Assembly: GCA_019634695.1 (NCBI GenBank)
Contig: JAHCAW010000017.1
Span: 7,322-71,321, forward strand
DNA from: Candidatus Sumerlaeia bacterium
Lineage (GTDB): Bacteria > Sumerlaeota > Sumerlaeia > SLMS01 > JAHLLQ01
Direction: 5' to 3'
Length of the DNA: 64,000 nucleotides
Below are positions 47,087 through 56,125 of the stretch, one piece after another. A program made the position numbers and the translations under genes. Positions within the stretch are counted from its first letter, which is position 1; every line of letters starts with the position of its first letter. Below the pieces are notes generated by a model. It did not search any database. It worked only from the letters and a program-made list of their open reading frames with translations, and was not told the DNA's origin.

Positions 47087-50000
47087 TCAGACGCCGAGGA
47101 CCTCGCGTCGCGCCTGCTTGAGCGCCTCGACGATGTCCTCGCCCTTCTCCCAGCGGTCTTCCTTCTCTTTGGCGAGGCACTTGGCGATGATGTTCCAGAG
47201 CGCATCCGGGCAGTTCTCCGGGCGCTGGGGCTGCTGGTGCATGTGCTGGTAGGCAAGGTCGCCCTGGATGAAGGGCGGCCGGCCGGCGACGAATTCGTAG
47301 AGCATGATGCCGAAGGAATACAGGTCTGCGCGGTTGTCGACGGCGATGCCCTGCACCTGCTCGGGCGACATGTACAGCGGCGTGCCGATGACGGCGCCCA
47401 CCATCGTGCCCTCGCCCGAGTTCATCGTCGAGTCCAGCATCTTGGCGATGCCGAAGTCGGTGACCTTCACCTGGTTGGTGCTGGTCAGCATGATGTTGGC
47501 GGGCTTGATGTCGCGGTGCACGATGCCGAGCCGATGCGCGTAGCCCAGCGCGTCGGCGATGTCGATCGCGTACAGGAACAGGTCCTCCATCGACAGCTTG
47601 CCTTCGGTCTTCACGCGCTTCTTGAGGTCCGAGCCGTCGACGTACTCCATCGAGATGTACTTGCGGCCCATTTCCTCGCCGATGTCGTGGATGCGCACGA
47701 TGTTGGGGTGCGACAGGCGGCGGGCGTTGCGGGCCTCGATCTTGAAGCGGCGCACCGCCTCCGGGTTGTTCGACATGGCGTCGGGCAGGATCTTGAGGGC
47801 GACGACCTCCTCGAGCTCCTTGTCGCGGGCGCGGTAGACGATGCCCATGGCGCCGCGGCCCAGCTCGTCCAGCAGTTCGTAGCGGCGCTTGGCGTCCTCG
47901 CTCATCTGCTGAACGATGCTCGTCTTCTCGAAGGCCATCGGGTCGCTCGTCGAGCCCGACAGCATCTCGAAGCGCGTCTTTACGTCCTTGTAGTCGATAT
48001 CGGCGGCGAAGAGCTGGCGATATACGGTCTTGGCGCCCACAAGGTCCTTCTTGCCCTCGTAGCGCTGCGCCAGATCGTACAGCAACTCCTTCGTTTCCTC
48101 GTCCACCACCAGCTTCTTGAACTCCTGCAGGGCCAGGTCGAGCATGCCCTTGTTCGTGAAGCACTTGCCGAGCATCTTGATCGACTCGGCTTCCCAGCGG
48201 TAATCCTGGGCCGTCTTCTGGAAGCAGCCGATCGCGCTGTCGTATTCCTGGATCATGTAGTACAGGCGGCCGAGGCGGAAGCGCACCTCCACTTCGTCCT
48301 TCTGCGTCAGGATGCGCTCGTAGACGTCGGCGAGCGCGCGGATCACCTCGGGGCTGTTGGGCTGCAGCTTGTAGGCCTTCTCGAGCGAGGCGCGCGCCCG
48401 CGCCATGTCCCCGGTCGCGACGAGGATCCGCGCCTGGCTCTGGAGCGCCGGCAGGTACTGGCCCTCCTTCGACAGGATCTTGTCGAGCGCGCCAAGCACG
48501 TTCTGCGCGTGGTTCGGGTTGTTGCTGTAGATCCAGTCGAGCTGTTCCATCGCCTCGCGCAGGTGCCCGTAGGCCACCAGCAGCTCGCACAGGAACCAGC
48601 GCACGCGCATTGCCTCGGGGTGCTGTTGCAGCATCTGGCCGATGTGGCGCAGCAGCGTCTCCTCCGCGCCCGGGCAGGACCGCATGACGTTCTGGTAGCT
48701 TTCGACGGCCTTGACCGTGTCGTTGCGTTCGAGGTGCACGCGCGCCAGCGCCAGGTGCAACTCCGGCACGTCGCTGCGCACCTGGAGTGCCCGCTGGTAC
48801 AGGCGCGCGCACTCGTCGTCCGCGCGTCCCTTGTGCGCGTAGGCCATCGCCAGGTGGAACATGGCCTCCTGATCGTTCGGGTTGCGCTGCAGGATTGCGG
48901 TATACTCGCGCACGGCCTCGTCGAGCTTGTTGTCGTAGAGGCTGGCGAGGGCGATCAGGCGCTTGAGCTCGCCGTCGTCGGGATGGTGGCGCAGCAAGGC
49001 CTGCGCCGTGCCGAGCGCGTCCTGATAGCGGTTCGCCTTGATGTAGGACCGGACGAGCATCGCACCGATGTTGCGGTCGGCGGGATCGTTGACCAGATGT
49101 GCCTCGTAGACGGGGATGGCTTCGCCGCCCTCGTCCTCCTTGCGCTCGAGCACAGTTGCCAGCGCCTTGACGAGCTGGGCGTTGTCGGGTTCGGCGCGCA
49201 GGGCCTCGCGATAGACGCGCTCGGCCTCGGGGCGATAGACCCCGGTTGCCATGTAGGAGCGCGCGAGCTGGCGCGAGTACTGGGCCTCGCCGAAGCCGAG
49301 CTGGAACAGCGTCTCGATGACGTCGATCGCCAGGTCGTGCGTGCCCGCCAGGCGTGCCGTCTCGGCCAGCGCCTTGAGCGTCACTGCATCGTTGGGATTC
49401 GCGCGCCGCGAGCGGTGATAGATGTCGACGGCGGGCTTCGTGAAGTTGCCTGCCCGGAAGTGAATCTCCGCCAGCGTGCGTAGCAACTCGGCGTCCTCGG
49501 GCTGCAGGGCCAAGGCGCGTTGGAAGGCCTCCTGCGCGGCTTGGTCCCCGCGGCCTTCCACCAGGTAGCACTGCGCCAGGAGCTGGATCGCGCGCTCGTT
49601 GGACGGCTCGACCTGAAGCGCCGACTTCGCCTCCTCGACCGCGCGTCCCACCTCGTTCTTCTGCATGTAGATCGTGCACAGGTGGCAGTAGGCCGGCACG
49701 TAGGAGCGGTTGTACTCGAGCACGCGATGGCAGAGCGACTCGACTTCGGCGTCGCCCTTCTTGGCGTCGATGCACGAATCCAGGTAGGCTTCGAGGAAGC
49801 GCGAGTCCTCCTGGCGTCCCTGGAACTGCTGGTGATAGACGGGCAGGGCCTTTGCCGTGCGGTTGTTCGTTTCGAGATACACGTCGCACAGGGCGGCATA
49901 GACGTGGTTGGCGGTCAGTCCGGCGCGCAGGGCGGCACGCAGGCGCTTGGCCGCCTCGTCGAAGTTGCCGGCCTCCTTGTGGCACATGCCGATGGCGTAC

Positions 50001-51994
50001 TCGAGCACCTGCGGCTCGGGGAAACTCTTGAGGGCGGCCTCGAAGACCGCGCGGGCTTGGGCGTCGCGCTTCTCGCCCTGCAGCAGCGCCCGTGCGTAGC
50101 AGTGCAGCAGGTTCGGGTTCTCCGGGTCCTTCTCGTGCGTGCGCCGGTAGATGTCGATCGTGCGCGCGTCGAAGTTCTTGTTCGACATGTAGACCATCGC
50201 CAACGTCGCGACGATCTTCTGGCTGCGGGGCTTGCGCGCCAGCAGGCGCTCGTACAGCACCTCGGCCTCGTCCATGCGACCCTTGGAAACCGATGTGCGC
50301 GCGCGGCGCTCCAGATGCGCCAGATACACGAAGCGGCCAACAACATACGTCAGCAGCAGCAGGACCGCCAGCACCCCGACGCCCGCAGCGATCAGCCAGA
50401 CCAGATTTCGCCGAATCCACATCTGGCGATACTGCGACTGGTACTGGACGTTGAAGGGGTCGTAGTCCCGTAGCGTGGCCGCCGCCGCCAGCGCCTCGTC
50501 CCAGTCCTTGGCCTCACGGGCCGTATTGAACCGGTCAGCGATCTTGGCCACTTCGGCCTCGAGCCGCGCCGCGCGCTGGCTCTCGCGTTGCAAGTAGACT
50601 AGGTCCACCCGCGCGTTGCGTCGCGGCGTCGCCGCCCGTGTCATCCACGGCGACAGCCATGGAGAAAGCGATGGCCACTCCGGCGAGCGATCGACTGAAA
50701 ACGTCCGTCCCGTGTCGATACCGAACAACATCCCCTGCAATGTCATCCCGATCAGGTGGTACTTGAAGGCGTTGCGTCCGCCCTCCTGCTCCGGCACGCC
50801 GATCACCGGCATCGTGTGGCCCACGAACTGGCCGATCGAGACGACCTGCGGCTCGTCCAGCGCCGGCACTCCTTGGAACCAACTGCTTGTCTCCAGCATC
50901 CGCACCTGCGTGCCCTGCGCGAACGCCAGCACCGGGAAGCCGCCATGGTGGTTCCACAGCACGGACAACTGCGAGTTGATCCCCGCGAACGATGTCCGGT
51001 CGCCGCGCAGCATCGCGCGCCTGGACACGTCGATCGCGACCAGACCGGCCGAACCCAGACCCTGGAAGATCAGCGCCTCGCCCGGGCCGCGATCCTTCGG
51101 CATCACCAGCACCGGATCGCCCGTCACCGCCCCGCCGCCACCTGTCGCGAACCGATTCAGCACGTCCAGCCGGTCCGTCGCCGGATTGTGGGTCCGGATT
51201 TCGATGTCGCCGTTGGCCAGCGTGAAGACGAGTTCGTCGCGCCCGTTGCCGGTAAGGTCCGCCAGCAACACCGTTGTGGCGATGCCGTGTTGCTCGGAGA
51301 TATTGTATTGGGTGGCACGGCCGGTGAACGACTCGATCAGCAGAAGCTTGCCGTCGCTGGTCGGCACCGCGATGTCGATCTGTCCGGAGATTCTCGGCGA
51401 GCCCAGCGAGAGCGGAGCGGCGGCCTTCGAGCCGGTGCGCACCGGCTCCCAGTAGGACTTCGCCTGCCGTGCGTCGTCCAGATAGACCGAGATCACCTGT
51501 CCGCCCTGATCGGCCAGCACCACGATCTCGGTGAAGGTGCCCGGGCTGCCCGGCAACGGCAGGTAGACCACCGTCGGCGATTCGACGAACGAGTTTGTCG
51601 AGACCTGTGCCTCGGCGATCGGAGTAAGGTTTCCGCCGTTGAGGAAGACGACACGGCCGTCCTCGGTGCCGAAGGCGATGTCGAGCGACGAGTCACGGGC
51701 GAAGTCGCCCACCACCGGGGCCGTCAGCGACCGGCGCGCCTCGTCCACCGCCTGCAGGATCATCTCACCCGACGTCGCGTCGAACACCGCGATGCGGCCC
51801 CCGACGTCCGTCGCGATGATCTCGGGCACCTCGTTGCGCACCAGATTGGCGGCGATAACCGCGTTGGGGGTATCCAGCGGCGTCTTGCGTCGCGTGAAGG
51901 TCTCACGCGGCTCGTCCGCCCATGCGCCGAACCCTCCCGCAACGAGCCCCGCCGCCAGCAGACTCGCGCCTCGCCGAACCTGTATGCCCATCAC
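47087..51994 (-). CDS. giant transmembrane Ser/Thr protein kinase (~1635 aa): signal peptide, extracellular FG-GAP/VCBS-like beta-propeller region, one TM, ~800 aa of TPR repeats and a C-terminal Hanks kinase domain
   Basis: N-terminal signal MMGIQVRRGASLLAAGLVAGGFGAWA. Repeats such as TDVGGRIAVFD and LADLTGNGRDELVF are FG-GAP-like. TM is LVWLIAAGVGVLAVLLLLTYVV. Many TPR-like helices follow. The kinase motifs at the C-terminus are GRGAMGIVYRA, VALK, HRDIKPANIML, DFGIAK and SPEQ. Confidence 0.8.
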   Translation of the reverse strand: MMGIQVRRGASLLAAGLVAGGFGAWADEPRETFTRRKTPLDTPNAVIAANLVRNEVPEIIATDVGGRIAVFDATSGEMILQAVDEARRSLTAPVVGDFARDSSLDIAFGTEDGRVVFLNGGNLTPIAEAQVSTNSFVESPTVVYLPLPGSPGTFTEIVVLADQGGQVISVYLDDARQAKSYWEPVRTGSKAAAPLSLGSPRISGQIDIAVPTSDGKLLLIESFTGRATQYNISEQHGIATTVLLADLTGNGRDELVFTLANGDIEIRTHNPATDRLDVLNRFATGGGGAVTGDPVLVMPKDRGPGEALIFQGLGSAGLVAIDVSRRAMLRGDRTSFAGINSQLSVLWNHHGGFPVLAFAQGTQVRMLETSSWFQGVPALDEPQVVSIGQFVGHTMPVIGVPEQEGGRNAFKYHLIGMTLQGMLFGIDTGRTFSVDRSPEWPSLSPWLSPWMTRAATPRRNARVDLVYLQRESQRAARLEAEVAKIADRFNTAREAKDWDEALAAAATLRDYDPFNVQYQSQYRQMWIRRNLVWLIAAGVGVLAVLLLLTYVVGRFVYLAHLERRARTSVSKGRMDEAEVLYERLLARKPRSQKIVATLAMVYMSNKNFDARTIDIYRRTHEKDPENPNLLHCYARALLQGEKRDAQARAVFEAALKSFPEPQVLEYAIGMCHKEAGNFDEAAKRLRAALRAGLTANHVYAALCDVYLETNNRTAKALPVYHQQFQGRQEDSRFLEAYLDSCIDAKKGDAEVESLCHRVLEYNRSYVPAYCHLCTIYMQKNEVGRAVEEAKSALQVEPSNERAIQLLAQCYLVEGRGDQAAQEAFQRALALQPEDAELLRTLAEIHFRAGNFTKPAVDIYHRSRRANPNDAVTLKALAETARLAGTHDLAIDVIETLFQLGFGEAQYSRQLARSYMATGVYRPEAERVYREALRAEPDNAQLVKALATVLERKEDEGGEAIPVYEAHLVNDPADRNIGAMLVRSYIKANRYQDALGTAQALLRHHPDDGELKRLIALASLYDNKLDEAVREYTAILQRNPNDQEAMFHLAMAYAHKGRADDECARLYQRALQVRSDVPELHLALARVHLERNDTVKAVESYQNVMRSCPGAEETLLRHIGQMLQQHPEAMRVRWFLCELLVAYGHLREAMEQLDWIYSNNPNHAQNVLGALDKILSKEGQYLPALQSQARILVATGDMARARASLEKAYKLQPNSPEVIRALADVYERILTQKDEVEVRFRLGRLYYMIQEYDSAIGCFQKTAQDYRWEAESIKMLGKCFTNKGMLDLALQEFKKLVVDEETKELLYDLAQRYEGKKDLVGAKTVYRQLFAADIDYKDVKTRFEMLSGSTSDPMAFEKTSIVQQMSEDAKRRYELLDELGRGAMGIVYRARDKELEEVVALKILPDAMSNNPEAVRRFKIEARNARRLSHPNIVRIHDIGEEMGRKYISMEYVDGSDLKKRVKTEGKLSMEDLFLYAIDIADALGYAHRLGIVHRDIKPANIMLTSTNQVKVTDFGIAKMLDSTMNSGEGTMVGAVIGTPLYMSPEQVQGIAVDNRADLYSFGIMLYEFVAGRPPFIQGDLAYQHMHQQPQRPENCPDALWNIIAKCLAKEKEDRWEKGEDIVEALKQARREVLGV

Positions 51995-52198
51995 CGCCTC
52001 AGTACCCCGTTTCGAAGGCTTCCCTGGCCCAAATGCCCCGCCGCGCCCGACGAATGACCACTTCTCGGGATTGGCCGACGGCCCCGGGGGGCCTCGCCGT
52101 GAAAGGCACGTCCAGCCTCGGGATTCCGGACCCTGTGCTCAACCGGATTAATGCCCTTCGGCACACCGGCAACCGCGTCCCTCCCGACGGCGCCGCCC

Positions 52199-53842
52199 CT
52201 ACAGGGAGCGACCGAACAGGCGCCACGTGCCCTGCGCTCCCAATCGGTCGTACCGAACCGCCCCCCACAGCACCCCGACCCGCCGCTCGTCCGGCCGCTC
52301 AGGCCCCGTCCAGTCCTCCCACGACACCAGTCCCAGATTCAACCGACGACGCTCGACGCCCAGCCAATTCCGCTCCCGCCGCCACATCGGCCCCGCCACC
52401 ACGACGGTCTCGTGCTTGCGACCCGCCGTCACCTCGCGCGACCACAGCGTCCACAATGGCGCCCAGTTGCGGTCCACCGACTCGGCCTCGGTGTAGGGGA
52501 ACAGATGCGGCGCGCTCTGGTAGCTGCTGCCGTCCTCGCGATGGATTTCCCGCCAGAGGGGGAAGATCATCCGGCGGTGGCTCTCGCGCCCGTCCTGCCA
52601 TTGGTTGGTCTGGCGCGCGTAGAAGGGCAGCACATAGCGGCGGTCGAACACCAGGTCCGGGTCCGTCGTGCGTCGCCAGACGTGGAAAGGCCACGGAGCC
52701 AGCAGGTGCTCGGTGCGTCCGTTGCTGCGTCGCACGTAGAAGGGGAAGACGCCGCCGCCCTCCATGGCCCGCCGACGCGGCTGGCCCTCGGCATCGGCGA
52801 AGGCCGGGTCCACCGGAATCCGGCTGGTCCACCGCCCGATGAACCACAGCACACGGTGCTCGCGCACCCCGGTGCGCAGGTTGTCGTCCTGATTGTACAG
52901 CGCCAGTGCCCAGCCCCGCGTCCGGCGACCCGCCATGTCCAGTCGCCCGTAGAACGGGAACACCATGTCGAAGCGCACTTCGGGCGAGCGCACCCGTCCC
53001 CACAGCGGGATGAAGGCGTTGACCTCGCGACGTTCGTCGCCTTGGCCCTCGACCCGGTAGTGACCCAGTGGCCACAGCCAGTACGCGCGCTTCAGCTCAC
53101 CCGGGCGCTCGACGTAGGCCACCAGCGGCCAGGCGCGGAAGCCCCACAAGCCCCCACCGCCGGAGATCCAGGACAGGAAAGGCCAGGGTACCGAAGTCTG
53201 CACCAGGCGCTCGTCACCCTCGCCGCGCGTCGAGCGCACGAACAACGGCCAGGCGGCGAACTCGATCCGGTCGCGATTCCAGAAGCCGCGGAAGTCGCCC
53301 CAGAAAGGCCACAGGGCGCGGATGTTCTGGGGTCGGCGCGGGAAGATGGGGAACGCCAGCTTCGCATCATTGGCCCGCCAGTAGAATGGAAACAGGATCA
53401 GATAGTCGCCGCCCGACTCGCGATGCCCCTGCCAGTAGAAGGGGAACAGGTAGCGCGTGGCCGTCTGCTGGCCCTCCTTGCGCCCCTGCGTCGAATACCA
53501 CAGCGCGAAGAGTTCCGACGTCGTGCGGTTCTCCCAGCCGGGCGTGCGCTCGCGGTGCGACCAGGTCCACAGAGGCCATAACACGTCGACCTGACGCTCG
53601 CCCGCTTCGGGACGTTCGACACGCGAGTAGAACGGATGGATGGCCAGCAGCGATTCGTCGGGCGCCTGGCGCCAGCGCACGAAGGGCCACAGCACCCAGC
53701 CCTGGCGATTCGCGTCGTCGTCCTCGCGTGTCGGCGTGGCCACCTCGGCGCCCGGCGCAAGCGCGCAAGCCAGCAGGACAAGCAGCACCAGCGCCGCCTG
53801 TGCACCCATGCGCCCCCGCAAGCCGGTCGTCGTCTCAGACAT
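52199..53842 (-). CDS. secreted tandem-repeat protein with ~23 aromatic 'WPF/PFY(W)xR' repeats (unknown family)
   Basis: 547 aa with a signal peptide (GAQAALVLLVLLACALAPGA). Recurring ~20-25-aa units are centred on VLWPFVRW, IHPFYSRV, VLWPLWTW, LFPFYWQG, LFPFYWRA, LWPFWGDF, AWPLFVRS, VPWPFLSW, VFPFYGRL, VFPFYVRR, APWPFHVW, VLPFYARQ, IFPLWREI. The start overlaps the upstream HK stop by 8 nt. Confidence 0.6.
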   Translation of the reverse strand: MSETTTGLRGRMGAQAALVLLVLLACALAPGAEVATPTREDDDANRQGWVLWPFVRWRQAPDESLLAIHPFYSRVERPEAGERQVDVLWPLWTWSHRERTPGWENRTTSELFALWYSTQGRKEGQQTATRYLFPFYWQGHRESGGDYLILFPFYWRANDAKLAFPIFPRRPQNIRALWPFWGDFRGFWNRDRIEFAAWPLFVRSTRGEGDERLVQTSVPWPFLSWISGGGGLWGFRAWPLVAYVERPGELKRAYWLWPLGHYRVEGQGDERREVNAFIPLWGRVRSPEVRFDMVFPFYGRLDMAGRRTRGWALALYNQDDNLRTGVREHRVLWFIGRWTSRIPVDPAFADAEGQPRRRAMEGGGVFPFYVRRSNGRTEHLLAPWPFHVWRRTTDPDLVFDRRYVLPFYARQTNQWQDGRESHRRMIFPLWREIHREDGSSYQSAPHLFPYTEAESVDRNWAPLWTLWSREVTAGRKHETVVVAGPMWRRERNWLGVERRRLNLGLVSWEDWTGPERPDERRVGVLWGAVRYDRLGAQGTWRLFGRSL

Positions 53843-55592
53843 CCTTGTTGACGGTCGCGTTCGTGTCCTGGCCGAGGACCAGCTCGTCCTCGTCCGACAG
53901 CGCGGGCAGCTTGATGATGAATGTGGTCCCGACGTTCTCTTCCGACTCGACCGTCAGGGCGCCGCGCATGTCCTCGATCACCTTGCGGCACATCGGCAGG
54001 CCGAGTCCGGTGCCGGACGAGCCCTTGGTGGTGAAGAAAGGGAGGAAGATCTTGTCGAGCTTCTCGCGCGGGATGCCCGCGCCGTTATCGGCCACCTTGA
54101 TGATGAGGCTGCGCTGCGCGTCATCGGCCACGCTCGTGACGATCTCGATGTGGCCCTGGCCGTGTGGGATCGCCTCGATGGCGTTGACGATCAGGTTGGC
54201 GAGCGTGCGTTGCAGGCCGATCTCGTCGGTCCAGCGCTCCCCGATGCCCTCCTCAAGATCGAGCTCGAGCGTGATGCCCTTGCGTACCAGCTCGCTCTCG
54301 ATCTCCTCGGCGGTCGAGCAGATCAGCGCGTTGATGTCGATCATCCGGATGCGCGGGCGCTTCTGGCTCGAGTACTCGAGCATGTCCTTGACCAGCTTGC
54401 TGATCTTCTCGATGCCGCGGCTGACAACGCCCCAGGACTCTTTAGCGGTCTCGACCTTGTTGGCCGCGAAGGCGCGCTCGAGCAACTCGCTGCCGCCGTT
54501 CATCAGCAGCAGGATGTTCTTGATGTTGTGACTGATGCCGGCCACCGTCTCGCCGACTGCGGCCAGGCGCTCGCGGTGCGTCGCCTCGCGCCGCATCCGG
54601 ATGTTCTCGAGCGCCAGCGACAGGTCGCCCGCGATCATCGTCACGAACTCCAGGTCGTCCTTGTCCAGCGTCTTGCCGATCGACTGCGTGTCCAGATGAA
54701 CGACGCCCATCACGCGCTCGCCCTGAATCATCGGCACGCAGATAACCGACTGCATCTTGTTCATGATGATCGATTCGCTGGCGCCGAATCGGTCGTCCGA
54801 GCCGGTGTCGGTGCTCAGCACCGCACACCGGTCGCGCACCACCTGGTCCAGGATCGTCTTCGACAGCGAGATGCGCGTGCCCGGAATAATCTCGTCCTGC
54901 GTGCGCACGGCCGCGATTTCCAGTTCCGTCGAGGCCGGCGAGAACCGCGTCAGGATCACGCCACGATCCGCCGCCACCGCGTCGAACAGGATGTCGAGCA
55001 CGCGCTCGATAATCGTCTGCTCCCGGTCGCCCTCGGCCTCGCGCAGCAGTTCCGACAGCCGGTACATCGCCGTCAGACGGTTGTGCGACTTCACCAACTC
55101 GCTCGGATCGAGCGCCCGAGCCTCCTTCACCGAGATCGGTGCCGTGAAGAACGAGGACCGTTCCCGGATTGCCTCGATCTGGTCGCTGCCGATCACCGAC
55201 TGCGTCTGCGGCCGCGGCGCATCCGTGTCGTCCTTGAACTCCACGATGCTCATTCCGCCGACCTCGAAGTTCGAGGAGGAGCGCCCCGCCGTCGCCTCGT
55301 TGCGGAACGTGAACTCGATCGCCCCGAACGTCACCTCGTCGCTGTGGTGCAGCGTCATCTGCGTGACGCGCTCGCCGTTGACGTACGTCCCGTTCGAGGA
55401 ATTCAAGTCCTGCAGGATGAAGAAATTGCCGCGCTTGTCGATGCGCGCATGGAACCGCGACACCGAGTCCGTCCCCAGCACCACGCTGTTCGACGGGTGC
55501 CGGCCGACCGTCGTCGTGTCCGTCAGCTCGTACTCCGGCTTCAGCCCGGGCGTCGGCGTGCGCAGCGTCAGCTTCGGCTTCTGGTCGGCCAT
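53835..55592 (-). CDS. sensor histidine kinase with N-terminal FHA domain and central GAF domain (FHA-GAF-HisKA-HATPase_c), no TM
   Basis: ATG at complement 55590-55592 (MADQKPKLTL...). FHA core is TVGRHPSNSVVLGTDSVSRFHARI...LNSSNGTYVNGERV. H-box is AGISHNIKNILLL. The ATPase G-boxes are VADNGAGIP and GSSGTGLGLPMC. Confidence 0.75.
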   Translation of the reverse strand: MADQKPKLTLRTPTPGLKPEYELTDTTTVGRHPSNSVVLGTDSVSRFHARIDKRGNFFILQDLNSSNGTYVNGERVTQMTLHHSDEVTFGAIEFTFRNEATAGRSSSNFEVGGMSIVEFKDDTDAPRPQTQSVIGSDQIEAIRERSSFFTAPISVKEARALDPSELVKSHNRLTAMYRLSELLREAEGDREQTIIERVLDILFDAVAADRGVILTRFSPASTELEIAAVRTQDEIIPGTRISLSKTILDQVVRDRCAVLSTDTGSDDRFGASESIIMNKMQSVICVPMIQGERVMGVVHLDTQSIGKTLDKDDLEFVTMIAGDLSLALENIRMRREATHRERLAAVGETVAGISHNIKNILLLMNGGSELLERAFAANKVETAKESWGVVSRGIEKISKLVKDMLEYSSQKRPRIRMIDINALICSTAEEIESELVRKGITLELDLEEGIGERWTDEIGLQRTLANLIVNAIEAIPHGQGHIEIVTSVADDAQRSLIIKVADNGAGIPREKLDKIFLPFFTTKGSSGTGLGLPMCRKVIEDMRGALTVESEENVGTTFIIKLPALSDEDELVLGQDTNATVNKDV

Positions 55593-55650
55593 CGATTCCT
55601 CGCGACAAGGCGGCGATTGCGGCGCCCCGGACGGACAACCGGGACGCGCC

Positions 55651-56028
55651 CTAGTCCAGCGCAAACTCCGGCTCGGGCCGGAACCGCTGAGCCACCAGGT
55701 CGAAGTGCACCCGGCGCGTGTCCCGGACTGGAAACGGCATCATCTCCATCAACAGATCCGGCCCCATCCACAGATACGGTGGCGCCTTGAAGCGCTCCCG
55801 CCGCACGGCCGGCTCGTGCCCCGCAAGATCAGCCTTGAAATCATAGTACCAATACCACGTGAACGGCATCTCCACCGGCGTGCGACCCAGATGAATGTCG
55901 TTCATGTGGATATCCGCACCCGGTGGGTCCGACGTCACCACCACCTTGCTGCGCACGCAGCCCGTCGCCCCCAACGCCATCAGCGCCGTCGCCATCACCG
56001 CGCAACACCAGCGTTTCCAGACCGCCAT
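55651..56028 (-). CDS. PEGA-domain lipoprotein
   Basis: Lipobox MATALMALGATGC. This is followed by VVVTSDPPGADIHMNDIHLGRTPVEMPF, matching the PEGA pattern (PxGAxVxxDG...G.TP). Confidence 0.5.
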   Translation of the reverse strand: MAVWKRWCCAVMATALMALGATGCVRSKVVVTSDPPGADIHMNDIHLGRTPVEMPFTWYWYYDFKADLAGHEPAVRRERFKAPPYLWMGPDLLMEMMPFPVRDTRRVHFDLVAQRFRPEPEFALD

Positions 56029-56125
56029 CGCACCTCATCCATATCCCGCGCGAATTTGCCCCCCATGCCTCGGGCCGACAGGCCCAAGGTGTCAAGCCAA
56101 CACGCCCCCGAGGCGCCGCCGCCGC

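Noticed and set aside
46998-50420. N-terminal 1100 aa of the 1634-aa minus ORF 45516..50420
   Set aside because: It overlaps the Ser/Thr kinase gene (47087..51994) in a different frame and is Arg/Pro-rich nonsense. Only the C-terminal methyltransferase portion, from the Met at 46997, has protein-like sequence.
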